From: Priapulus caudatus
Lineage: Eukaryota
NCBI RefSeq assembly: GCF_000485595.1
Contig: NW_014577068.1
Span: 775,442-807,663 of the forward strand
Length of the DNA: 32,222 nucleotides
Reading direction: 5' to 3'
Of this stretch, positions 1 through 10,104 are shown piece after piece. How positions within the stretch are numbered: position 1 is the stretch's first letter; each line of letters opens with the position of its first letter. The notes beneath the pieces are model-generated. The model had not been told where the DNA came from. It was given only the letters and a program-made list of their open reading frames with translations, and made no database searches. Both the position numbers and the translations under genes were made by a program.

Positions 1-590
1 ATATATATATATATATATATATACGTATATATATATATATATTATGCATGTGCGTATGCGTGTCGTGCATGTAGGCGTGGGCGTGTGCGAATACGAGTAA
101 TAAGTATATAGCCTTCTCATGTCGAAGCAGGTGTCATGTCACTCGTGGAAATAAATGAATGTAATATTTGCCGAGGTATAAGTAATTACATTACATCGAT
201 TCTGTGTAATGAGAGTGCATGAGAAATTACGATAACCCAACTGGGTGTCAGCTGCCCGTGGTTTCAACTCGGATTACTGCTTGCATACGAATTGCATGCG
301 AAAGCCGTAAGCTTCAGATTTTCTCATTATACATCGCACACATCGCATCTGTATCATGGAACTCTGCTTCTACGTGCAGCGCACCATATGCGCAGGGATG
401 GGTGTGTGAGGGCAAATGTCAAAACCCACGCGTGCATAACATACGCGACTCATTCCCCGAGTTATAAAGAAGAATGAAACACGAGAGAATGCCATCAATA
501 ATAATGGTCTTTCAATGTGCTTTGTATATGACTTAGTGGTTAACAGTAGTTTGTGTGCTTTTGAGATTTTATATTGCGTCAGACGCTCGC

Positions 591-690
591 ACGCACGCCC
601 ACGCACGCCCACGCGCACCCACGCGCATCCACGCACGCCCACGCACGCCCACGCGCACCCACGCGCATCCACGCACACCCACGCACACGC
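591..690. repeat. 10-bp minisatellite (ACGCRCRYCC)n with a 40-bp higher-order repeat
   Basis: (acgcacgccc acgcacgccc acgcgcaccc acgcgcatcc) occurs twice exactly at 591-670. Confidence 0.9.
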
Positions 691-1649
691 ACGCGCTCGC
701 ACACATCTATCAACCAAATGGAGGCGACAACAGCGGCTTCATAACGGCAGCCGAAATACGTTGGAAATGAAATGTGTTAGAGCGTGTACCGCGGGCAGGT
801 GATCAGGCGATGCAAACTAATGTGATTGCTAGTAGCGCACAGCTGGTCGCACGTATACGTGTAATGTAAGACGTATCCGCCACTGCCTACATTTACGTTT
901 GTTCATTCGTCAGTTTATATAGTTTATTAGTCGAGTATAGGAATAATGTCGCGTACGGAGAGATATCGCTTCCGCGATGTTCGTCTTGCGTTGCATTACG
1001 GTTTCGTCAAGAAATTGGAACTCTCTGACTAGAAATCACATATCGACTCAAGTTGCAAATTTCTATCGCTCTTTTAGTATCGCTTTGCTCTCGAAAACAA
1101 TTTATTCAATGCGGTTAAAATTATAAAGCACGTTATACATTAATAACACGCTATAATGTTCGTAGCCTGAACTTACATTCTCCCGGTAGATTTGTACTCG
1201 ATTCTAACCATTTTCTCGCCATGCTCGCAGCTTCTATTTGCAGAAAGTAATCTCCAAGGGCGCGGCATATCATTCGTGACAAAATAATGGTCTGCAGTTT
1301 ATTCTGCACGCTGAGAGTATTGTGGCCGGCTTCTCGAAAAAATTTACATACGAAGACTTTACGGAAGACTAGCAGTGTTCTAAGAAGCACAGGTAAACGT
1401 AATATCATGTAGGAACATTGTTGGCAATGTAGTAATGTAGTTGTCAATAATAGTCGCTGCGAAAGTAGAAAGAACATCAGCTTGTTTGAAAGCACTCGTC
1501 ATTAATCTTTTATCGTTGGAGTAATCATTCTGACTTTATCAGTAAGCTTTATCAATAAGTGTAATTACGATATCACTGTGGTTTCACTAGGATCGTGTAA
1601 ATCAATACAAATCACGATGATCGTCCATTTTCCTATAGTTATCAAGCTA

Positions 1650-2670
1650 TCTATTACTATATATATTATATTATATANNNNNNNNNNNNNNNNNNNNNNN
1701 NNGTTTTATTTTAATTTTTTATCTTTTGATTCTTACTTATTTTTTTACTGTGCGTTGGATGAGATGGGATGGATGGATGGGAGGGCATATGGGATGGCAG
1801 GCGATGGCATGGAATGGATGGGATTGGACGCGGTGCGATGGGATGGGGTGGGATGGGATGGCATGGCATGGGATGGCACGACTGTGATGAAGATGGGATG
1901 GGATGGGATGGGAATATGGATGGCGAATGCGGTGCGATGAGATGGGATGGATGGATGAATGGATGAATGGATGCATGGATAGATAGATAGTTTGATTTCC
2001 TTTTTTCCTTTTTTCCCTTTACCTACCTCTTTATTATGTATTATTTTTAATTTTTAATTAATTTTTAATTTATTAATTTATTAAATTTATTATTTTTTTA
2101 CTTTATTAATTATTTTTATTTTTAATGTTTGTATCTTTTGATTTCTTTATTTTTTACTGTGTTGGGATGGGATGGCGATTGGGCGATGGATGGGATTGGA
2201 ATCGGGGATGGGATGGGATGGGATGGGGATGGGATGGGATGCGGATGGCGATTGGGATAGGGACTGGGATACGATGAGCCATTCGATTGGGCACTGCGGA
2301 CTTGGCATGGCGATGCATGGGATGGGATGGCATGGGGATGCCATGCAGATGCATCGAGATGCGGATGCGGTGCGATTGGGATGGGATGGGATGAGATGGG
2401 ATGGGATGGCCATGGCATGCATGGGATGGCGATGCATGCGAATGGCACTGAATGTAATGAGATGGGCATACGGAATGGGATCGGGATATTGAGGATGAGA
2501 TCGGTGCGCAGGGATGGGATGGGATGGGCATGGAATGGGATGGGATGGATGAGCGATGGATAATGAAGTAGATAGATAGTTAGATTTTGTGGGGTATTTT
2601 CCTATTCAAATCAACGGTCACAAGTGAGTGAACGCCAATTTCCCGGGAACGCCGTGGTATTCCCGCCTAG
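1650..2670 (+). mobile_element. Putative non-autonomous Helitron-like element carrying two tandem (GGATG)n-containing units
   Basis: 5' A|TCTATTACTATATA at 1650. 3' GC-rich hairpin region (CCCGGGAACGCCGTGG, 2642-2657) then CTAG|T at 2667-2671. It spans an N gap (1678-1702), so linkage of the two ends is not certain. Confidence 0.55.
1757..2560 (+). repeat. Degenerate (GGATG)n pentamer satellite blocks (1757-1980 and 2165-2560)
   Basis: Direct reading. Each block is preceded by TCTTTTGATT...TTTTACTGT..TTGG and followed by GATAGATAGTTT. Confidence 0.95.
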
Positions 2671-2834
2671 TTATGTATAGATATATATCATATATTTATA
2701 TATATTATATATATATATATATATTATTCATTCTAAGTACAATGTTTATATAAATATAAATAAATATAAATATTCATATACGTAATCGATAGTATATATA
2801 TAGGATACTGACACCGTGCTATATATACATATAG

Positions 2835-3420
2835 TTCCCATGCCATCGCATGCCATCCCATGCCATCGCATGCCATCCCATGCCATGCCATGCCACCCCA
2901 TGCCATCCCATCCCACCCCATCCCATCGCACCGCGTCCAATCCCATCCCATTCCATGCCATCGCATGCCATCCCATGCCATCCCATCCCATTCCATCCCA
3001 TCCCATCCCAAACAGTAAAAAATAATAAGAAATCAAAAGATAAAAAATTTAAAATAAAACATTCTAAAGAGGTAGGTAAAGGGAAAAAAGGAAAAAAGGG
3101 GAATCCAGGTGATGTTGTACTGATGAGCACACTGCGCCATTACGTTTATACACCATGGATTCAGACGTGATGTTGTGTGTACGTACGTGACCGCCATCTA
3201 GTGATCAATAGAATTTTTTTATGAATGTTTAACTTTTTAATTTTTTTAATTTGTTTTTATTTATTTATTTATTTTTTCTTTCTTTAATTTTTTAAATTTT
3301 TTTTTCAGCCAGAACCACCTCCCAGACGTGCTGATTCTGAAAATATCTTTAGTTTTCGTCTAGGCTGCGGAGTTCTCTAGTTATACGCGAACACACTAAT
3401 TCGGCTGAACAACTTTATAT
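2835..3420 (-). mobile_element. Inverted third copy of the GGATG composite unit (2837-3107) plus an adjoining Helitron-like 5' segment
   Basis: (CATCC)n at 2837-3010. 3010-3107 is the reverse complement of the flanks at 1703-1755 and 1992-2165 (shared TTTCCCTTTACCTACCTCTT). 3307-3354 matches 4046-4093 at 43/48. Confidence 0.6.
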
Positions 3421-3423
3421 ATA

Positions 3424-4179
3424 CTAGCAGAAAGTATACCCGTAGAACCACAGGCACTTGGGACAGAGTCAGTAAAACTGAAAACGCACATTCACAAATA
3501 GGCCCTACTACCGTACCTCTCAATTACAGTTCCACTGTTGCGTCACTGTATATCAACTTTCCTTCATAAAAAATCCATGTAAAAACTAACGCCGAACGCT
3601 CCCGCACTCGCCGCTGCGAGTGTGCTGTGTCACCATGATAATATATATATAGTTGCACTGACGCATGTGACAACTCCAACATACATTGGAATTTAGACTT
3701 AGGTGTAATGTGCAATGAAGGATTGAAAATAAATATTAGATGTAGAGGGTTTTTCTCAAAAATAACTCACAGACTACTCACCACTGCACTGGGTACAACA
3801 GAACACTGGTAAGGTTACTGGCCACTGGCTACTGTGTCAGTACGGTGTCCGGCAAAGCAGAGTGAACGTGAAAGTGAAAGCATAGGGTGGAATCTGCAGT
3901 GTGTGTGTGGGGGGGGGGGAATACAGTGTAGGCAGTACGTGCTTCAACTTTCAGGGGGAGGGGGATCTGAGATGTAGCACCATTTATTGAGGAATAGGTT
4001 TTTTTATGTGTTTTTAACTTTCTAACTTGTTTAAATTTTTGTCTTAGCCAGAACCATCTCCCAGGCGTGGTGATTCTGAATATATCTTCAGTTACCGCGA
4101 TTGAGTGACAAATGACGGAGAAAAGCGAGGTCAAACAAACACACACACACACACAAGATTAGCCAAATTATAGTATAGA
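3424..4179 (-). mobile_element. Putative non-autonomous Helitron (756 bp)
   Basis: On the minus strand it begins A|TCTATACTATAAT (4179) and ends with hairpin CCTGTGGTTCTACGGG, 11 nt, CTAG|T (3424). This is the canonical TC...hairpin-CTRR architecture in an A|T site with no TSD. Confidence 0.7.
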
Positions 4180-5139
4180 TATATGTATGTATACATTATT
4201 TATTTATTTATTTATTTATTAACAAATGCAGAGTGTCATGGGTGTCCTGATATGTACTTATCTGAATGGCCATTCAAACTTAAATAAACGGAAGCGCAAC
4301 TGCAGCACACTTGCGATTAATCTTTCGTTCTGTCCATAATAATATCAGTGTAAACCGGGACGGATCCAGGAATCCTGGGGAAAGATATCCGGTTGATGCC
4401 GAGGCGATGGGTCATTGATAGGCCACATATTTCTTCAGATAATATAATATGTAAATACGTAATATGTTTAATTGTCAAGAAACATAAAATCATTTTGTAT
4501 TGTGTCACTATTTTGTTTCATTTGAACTGAATCAAATTCTGACCACATCCAAAAAATCTGGAAAAATCCGGCTTGCAGTCACAAATGAGAGCCCTGACCC
4601 TTGGACCCACCTGATAGATACGCCTTTGCTACATCTACATTCTCCTTCATCTACTCCTTCCCTTTCTCCCCTTCCTGCACATCCTCTCTCTCCTCTCTTC
4701 CCCTCACGCACCTCTCTCCACTCCCTCACGCACCGTCTTTTAAATATCTGGGCACGTGCGGACACAGATCTGACCTTATGAGCCATGTCACAGCGTATGA
4801 AATTGGAAAGTTTGTGCCATGACATCTTATCATTATTAAAGATTTTGAGCAAGACATTTTCCATATCTATAGCTGATGAATATGTTCTCTCGACTTTGAA
4901 TGTATAATTTCAACTAAACGACATTTTTTAATGTTGGGAAATTAGGAACACGGCGTTTGGCATCTATTAAGTGAGAAAATAAAAAAATAAAAAGAGTTGA
5001 GTACACATTTCCCATGTGAAAATACACATCAATGGCATGTGTTTTCTGCGTTAAATTGATAATTTCAATAAAATAATACTTGTTTTGACGGATACCCAGC
5101 ATGCGCGAACATAGACCCTACAGGTAAATTGGGAAAACT

Positions 5140-5275
5140 AGGCTCCTTATAACTAGGCTCTTAACGAGACCGCTCCACCGTCTTACTCATGTATGCTACA
5201 TCGCTCGTGCAAGTACAGCCAGTATGTGCTGACCTTTTCCTTGTACAACGTCACGGCGTGGGAATCGAACCGGGA
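5140..5275 (-). mobile_element. Fragment of a probable tRNA-derived SINE (B box only; extent approximate)
   Basis: Minus-strand GGTTCGATTCC at 5271-5261 is a perfect Pol III B box. No A box or cloverleaf upstream, so it is not a tRNA gene. Confidence 0.45.
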
Positions 5276-6515
5276 GTGGCGGCTGCGTTCAATTTACGCA
5301 ACAAAGTCCGCACTTGTGGGGATTTCATAATTGCTTTTCCGGCAAGTTGACATTCAAGTAACTCGCACCTTGTCGTGGATTTTTTTTCTCTTAGCGATCC
5401 CCGTTCGTCAATGGGCCGACGTAATCACGTGATCGTCACGAACCGCTGAAGCGTTAGATATTGCGTTCATCAAAGATGTGAGGAGACGACCGGGCTTCCT
5501 CACTAATCACAAAGCGGTAAGATAATGGAGACAGCCCGAGGTGCTGCCAATCGTATCGTCCCGAGAATTCGGTTTAATTATCGAAAACCTTTGCATCGTG
5601 TTTTTCGGCGGCGCTGGCTTTCATGCAGGGTGGCAATTATTATTATTGTCATGGCAGCTGGAGCCTACGACTGGGTCCCCGTGTTTTTGTAGACAGACGC
5701 AACCGGGGAATCTATTTCGCGAAGTCATCGCCCGCGCGCCGTACCACCAGCGTTTTACGATGCATCTCATAACTAGTGAAGGTCGAATGCCTGCTTGGCG
5801 AATACAGGCACGGGTATTCTCGCGAGATCACGCGCGAGCGTCACGCCGGGAACTCGCGGCCATTACGCAGCAGAACGATAACGAGCTAAACTGTCTTTTC
5901 TCGGTGGGTGTCTGTAGCAATAAAACGCTCGAATAAAAACATTTCTCGAGGGAACGCAGACGATCGTATAAAACTCATGCTGGTCGTATTCAAGAATCGA
6001 TAAGTAACGCGACAACAAATATCCTGCCATGAACATTTGCTTACTAACTTCTATATTTATCGTTGAAAATATGAAATGGTAACGTTCGGTGTTGTAAAGA
6101 CCTTAATGATGAGTTTACGTAGCTGAATAAACTATATTTATATTTTCAATAGCATACATTTCTATTATATGCTGATAAAAAATCCCGTGTTAATAAAAAT
6201 ATTGGATGCATTCAGACATTTAAACAAAACATTGGCATATACGCGCGTAAATGATCAAAGGTTTTTTAAGAAACATGCTAATATAAAAACAGTGTAATAA
6301 AACAATTCTCGTTAGTGATAGGCATTACGATAATTAATATATTCGTTAATAAAAAGGTTGTTATTATACTCGGTTATAAATGGGCAGATCAGTTGACTTG
6401 GGGAGATAGTACAATGCGTATGAAAAGAGCGCGAATGAGAACCGATAGCGAAATCTAAATAGAAAAAAGTGGCGGTGCGAGAGACAACGAAAGAGAGAAA
6501 GTGAGAGAGAGCCAC

Positions 6516-6554
<39 letters not shown>

Positions 6555-6767
6555 AAGAAAGAGAGAAAGAGAGGGGGAGGGAGAAAGAGAAAGAGAGAAA
6601 AAAAAAGCTAAAATAATAAACAGCTGAGCATCCTATCGCATGTATTACTTTACACCATACATTACAGTATTACAGTATTAACAATGTCCATGTTACCACA
6701 TAAAGTTTACACGCACAAACAACACGCGCGTACGCACGCATACACTAACGTAGGTGCNNNNNNNNNN

Positions 6768-6803
<36 letters not shown>

Positions 6804-6854
6804 CAGGGAAAGCCAGAGATAGAGAGAGAGAGAGAGAGAGAGACAGGGAAAGCC

Positions 6855-6897
<43 letters not shown>

Positions 6898-7097
6898 AAG
6901 AGAGAAAGAGAGGGGGAGGGAGAAAGAGAGAGAGAGAAAAAAAAAAGCTAAAATAATAAACAGCTGAGCATCCTATCGCATGTATTACTTTACACCATAC
7001 ATTACAGTATTACAGTATTAACAATGTCCATGTTACCACATAAAGTTTACACGCACAAACAACACGCGCGTACGCACGCATACACTAACGTAGGTGC
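6516..7097. repeat. (GA)n tracts with an exact 151-bp duplication (6607-6757 = 6947-7097) across a 10-N gap; probable assembly overlap
   Basis: Identical copies offset by 340 bp. The first copy ends exactly at the gap 6758-6767. Confidence 0.9.
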
Positions 7098-7795
7098 GTA
7101 CGCGCGCACGCGCACGGACACGTTAACGTACGTAACGCAACAGATTATCTACATTTGTTACAAACTGAGAGCGGTTTATTTTCATCTTCAGTAGTTCAAC
7201 TTTGCTGTTACGCTTTAACACTCATTTTTAGTTACACGCGTACATTTATTGAACTGAAACCTTGAATCCCACACGGGGTACGCGATAACTAACGCAGAAC
7301 TGTCTGCACTACGCACGGATAGTCATCGGAAATGAATATAAACTCTGACACGACGCTATTTCATTTATTTCAAAATTTATACCTAACATCAGCGCAATTA
7401 TTTATTTAAAGCAATAATACAAAATTTTATCGTTTAACCTTTACGCACTGAATATAGCCTTAATTTTACCAAATTTCTTATGAGAGCCAAGTGTAACAGC
7501 CCCAATGGCATCGTTAAGTTAATTACCAAATTACATCGAATTTTATATATATTCGCTTACGATTGTCAGTATTATATTTTCTGCAATGGCTTTCATCATT
7601 TTGATCTAAGCGTAATATTATCAAGAACAAATGAATTATCAGCTTTTCAGAGTGACAACAATCTCATTGCAACTTCATCAATCTTTTTTTCATACATAAA
7701 TATACATGACTTTGATAAATTCGCGACGATAACACTAACTGGATAGCCATGAAGCACACCAATTTGCAATGTTGTTGAAGGTCATGTACCAAATA

Positions 7796-7881
7796 GTTAC
7801 ACTGTTACACAGTTACACAGTTACACAGTTACACAGTTACACAGTTACACAGTTACACAGTTACACAGTTACACAGTTACA
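7796..7881. repeat. (GTTACACA)n octamer, about 10.7 copies
   Basis: Direct reading. Confidence 0.95.
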
Positions 7882-8646
7882 TGAGCTTTCAGTGTTAGCT
7901 ACTACATAGTGAGGACGTATGAGGGTATTAGTGGTATTACGTACGCAATTATACAACCGGTGAGAATGAGAACTCATCGTAGCACTTTTTCCAACCTCGC
8001 TACTCACCGCTCTATGACCTCGGCATGCGTTCGCTGGGTTGATAGCGAATGTAAATGGACGCTGTGTTGGTTTGCGTTGCGTGCAAGTGTTTGACGCGTG
8101 TGACGAATAATGTATGTGTGGGAGAGAATCGGGTCGTGTGTAATAAACGGCCTTGCACCGGTGTGCTAAAACGTCAAAATAGGGCAAATTACTAATAGTA
8201 CTATTAATAATAATTATTGTGATCATAATAATGATAATTAATATATAATTATAAGAATAGTTCGGCGTCTGTTGATAACACGTTAGACTAAATAGCTCGA
8301 TCTAGCTCTTGCTCCAAGTCCTTGTCACGTTTATTACAAGGCCATATATCGACCTTCAGTCTCACAGCCTTGGCGAGCAATATCCAGTCCCAAAGCCCGT
8401 TATATTACAATAGGCAAATACGTGCGCCAACCCCCAGATAAGCTGTACCATACGGACAGGTTTATTTTCTAATTAGATTGCGGATTCGGCTATTAATGCC
8501 GTACGAATGGCAGTACCAACCAACGCACAGTAATACATTAGTGAGCGCCATTGGCGTTAATATCACCCGCAACCTTTACATGAAATACAAAGACGAACAT
8601 GTAAGGTACTATGATAAAGTCTTAAGAGCGGTAAAGCCCTCGACGC

Positions 8647-8648
<2 letters not shown>

Positions 8649-8704
<56 letters not shown>

Positions 8705-8776
8705 NNNNNNNNNNNNNNNNNNNNNNNNNNNNNNNNNNNNNNNNNNNNNNNNNNNNNNNNNNNNNNCAAACGCTAC

Positions 8777-8838
<62 letters not shown>
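8649..8838. repeat. (CA)n microsatellite containing N gap 8705-8766
   Basis: Direct reading. Confidence 0.95.
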
Positions 8839-8840
<2 letters not shown>

Positions 8841-9390
8841 TACTACACGCCTGTACACTTCAGACGTGAAGTTTGAAATGTGTAATAATACTTAGGCTGT
8901 CAGCCCCCTGCGTTCACATGTAGTCTCGAAAATAAATTTAGTTTGTGCTTGATTTATTTTCTAGCAAGCATAGCATTCTTATATTAGTGCGGGATAATAC
9001 GTGTTTGTCCGTGTTAATATAAGTGGCAACCAAAAGCACATGCTACCTGGCTCAAGGTTTTACAAAGTTCATATCCATTATCATTATATGCGACGTCGAT
9101 ACAAACCGCCAACATCAACTATATAATAATGCTAAACCTCAATTCAGGCGCTTGTCTAATCGCTGTCATTTGGGTGTTTTCAGGAAAGATTTATTTCATT
9201 CATAGACCATAATACAGTAACTAAGGAAATTCGCTGCTGAATAGGCTTGACTTGATAGTGAATAGGTAGACAGCAAATTATGAGATATGCATGTTAGAAA
9301 TGCACGACAATCTAGCACACAATGCCGCTAGAGCAGCTTTAACACACGCACGCATGCAGACACGCGCGCATATATATATATATATATAAA

Positions 9391-10085
9391 TGTAGCGGTC
9401 AAGGGTCTACCGAGATCACGTGATCCGCGTCCTAAGGTGATTCAAGTATAACGGGTAGGGATTCACCTCCGTCACGTGACCCGCGTCCTAAGGTGATTCA
9501 AGTATAACGGGTAGGGATTCACCTCCGTCCCGTGACCTGCGTCCTAAGGTGATTCAAATATAACGGGTAGAGATGCACCTCCGTCACGTGACCTGCGTTG
9601 CCGAGATGTTAAGGTGACCCGAATCCCTGGATCTTACAAGGATGGTAACGTGGGGTAGCCACGTGACCATTATGGGTATATAGCTGCTGCTCCTCGCAGT
9701 TAGGGTGTGCACTGGTTTGTCTCGCCATCTGCTCCATGGTACACAACGCGAGGCTTATCAACAAGTGGTAAGATGTACGTTCACGTTTCATTTCCCGACT
9801 CACCCTCTGCCTTGCTGACGGCTTGACCGTCCCTGCACGCAGGCACGTTGAGATCTCGGGCCGTATGATTTGATATTGTATATGCTGTGCTTACTGTTTC
9901 TGGGCATTCAGCCCAAGTTTGTGTGGCGTATATAGCTACCGGCCGGTCGGTCGGTATGCTAATAAAAGCACCGGCGTTCCCGGTTTGAATATCAAACTTG
10001 GTGTCGTAGTCTCTGTCATTACTCGTGTCCGCGTGTGGATCCATGATCGAACCTGTGGCGCACATTGACTGGCTCAAACGTCACA
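9391..10085 (+). repeat. 5' LTR (695 bp)
   Basis: TG...CA termini; aligns to 17649-18225. Contains three 56-bp tandem units, TATA-like TATATA near 9677 and AATAAA at 9961-9966. Confidence 0.96.
9416..9598 (+). repeat. 56-bp tandem repeat, three copies plus a partial, in the U3 region of the 5' LTR, E-box (CACGTG) bearing
   Basis: Units start at 9416, 9472, 9528 and 9584 (partial). Consensus TCACGTGACCCGCGTCCTAAGGTGATTCAAGTATAACGGGTAGGGATTCACCTCCG. Confidence 0.95.
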
Positions 10086-10086
10086 G

Positions 10087-10104
10087 TGGTGCTGTGACCA
10101 GGAT
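10087..10104 (+). promoter_or_regulatory. Primer-binding site, tRNA-His type
   Basis: TGGTGCTGTGACCAGGAT lies 1 nt after the LTR end. It matches 17/18 to the complement of an invertebrate tRNA-His 3' end (TGGTGCCGTGACCAGGAT, recalled from memory). Confidence 0.85.

Noticed and set aside
1177..1291. Isolated minus-strand exon candidate ending at a gtaagt donor (1176)
   Set aside because: Acceptor and frame are ambiguous, with no partner exons or recognisable protein.
1578..3170. Many overlapping ORFs rich in GMGWD/HPIPS
   Set aside because: They are translations of the stop-free (GGATG)n pentamer in all frames; no coding evidence.
4346..4614. Degenerate GGCGGATCCAG-type MITE (similar one-ended motif CAGGGCCGTATGCAG at 26758)
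   Set aside because: The ends match too poorly and no TSD is visible; cannot be supported without a repeat library.
5255..5300. tRNA gene
   Set aside because: Only a B box; no A box, D arm, anticodon arm or acceptor stem.
6607..7097. Recent biological tandem duplication
   Set aside because: The copies are identical and abut a 10-N gap, with differing GA lengths; this is the classic unmerged contig or haplotype overlap.
9416..9598. CRISPR-like regular repeat
   Set aside because: The 56-bp units are head-to-tail with no unique spacers, inside a eukaryotic LTR, and no cas genes are present.
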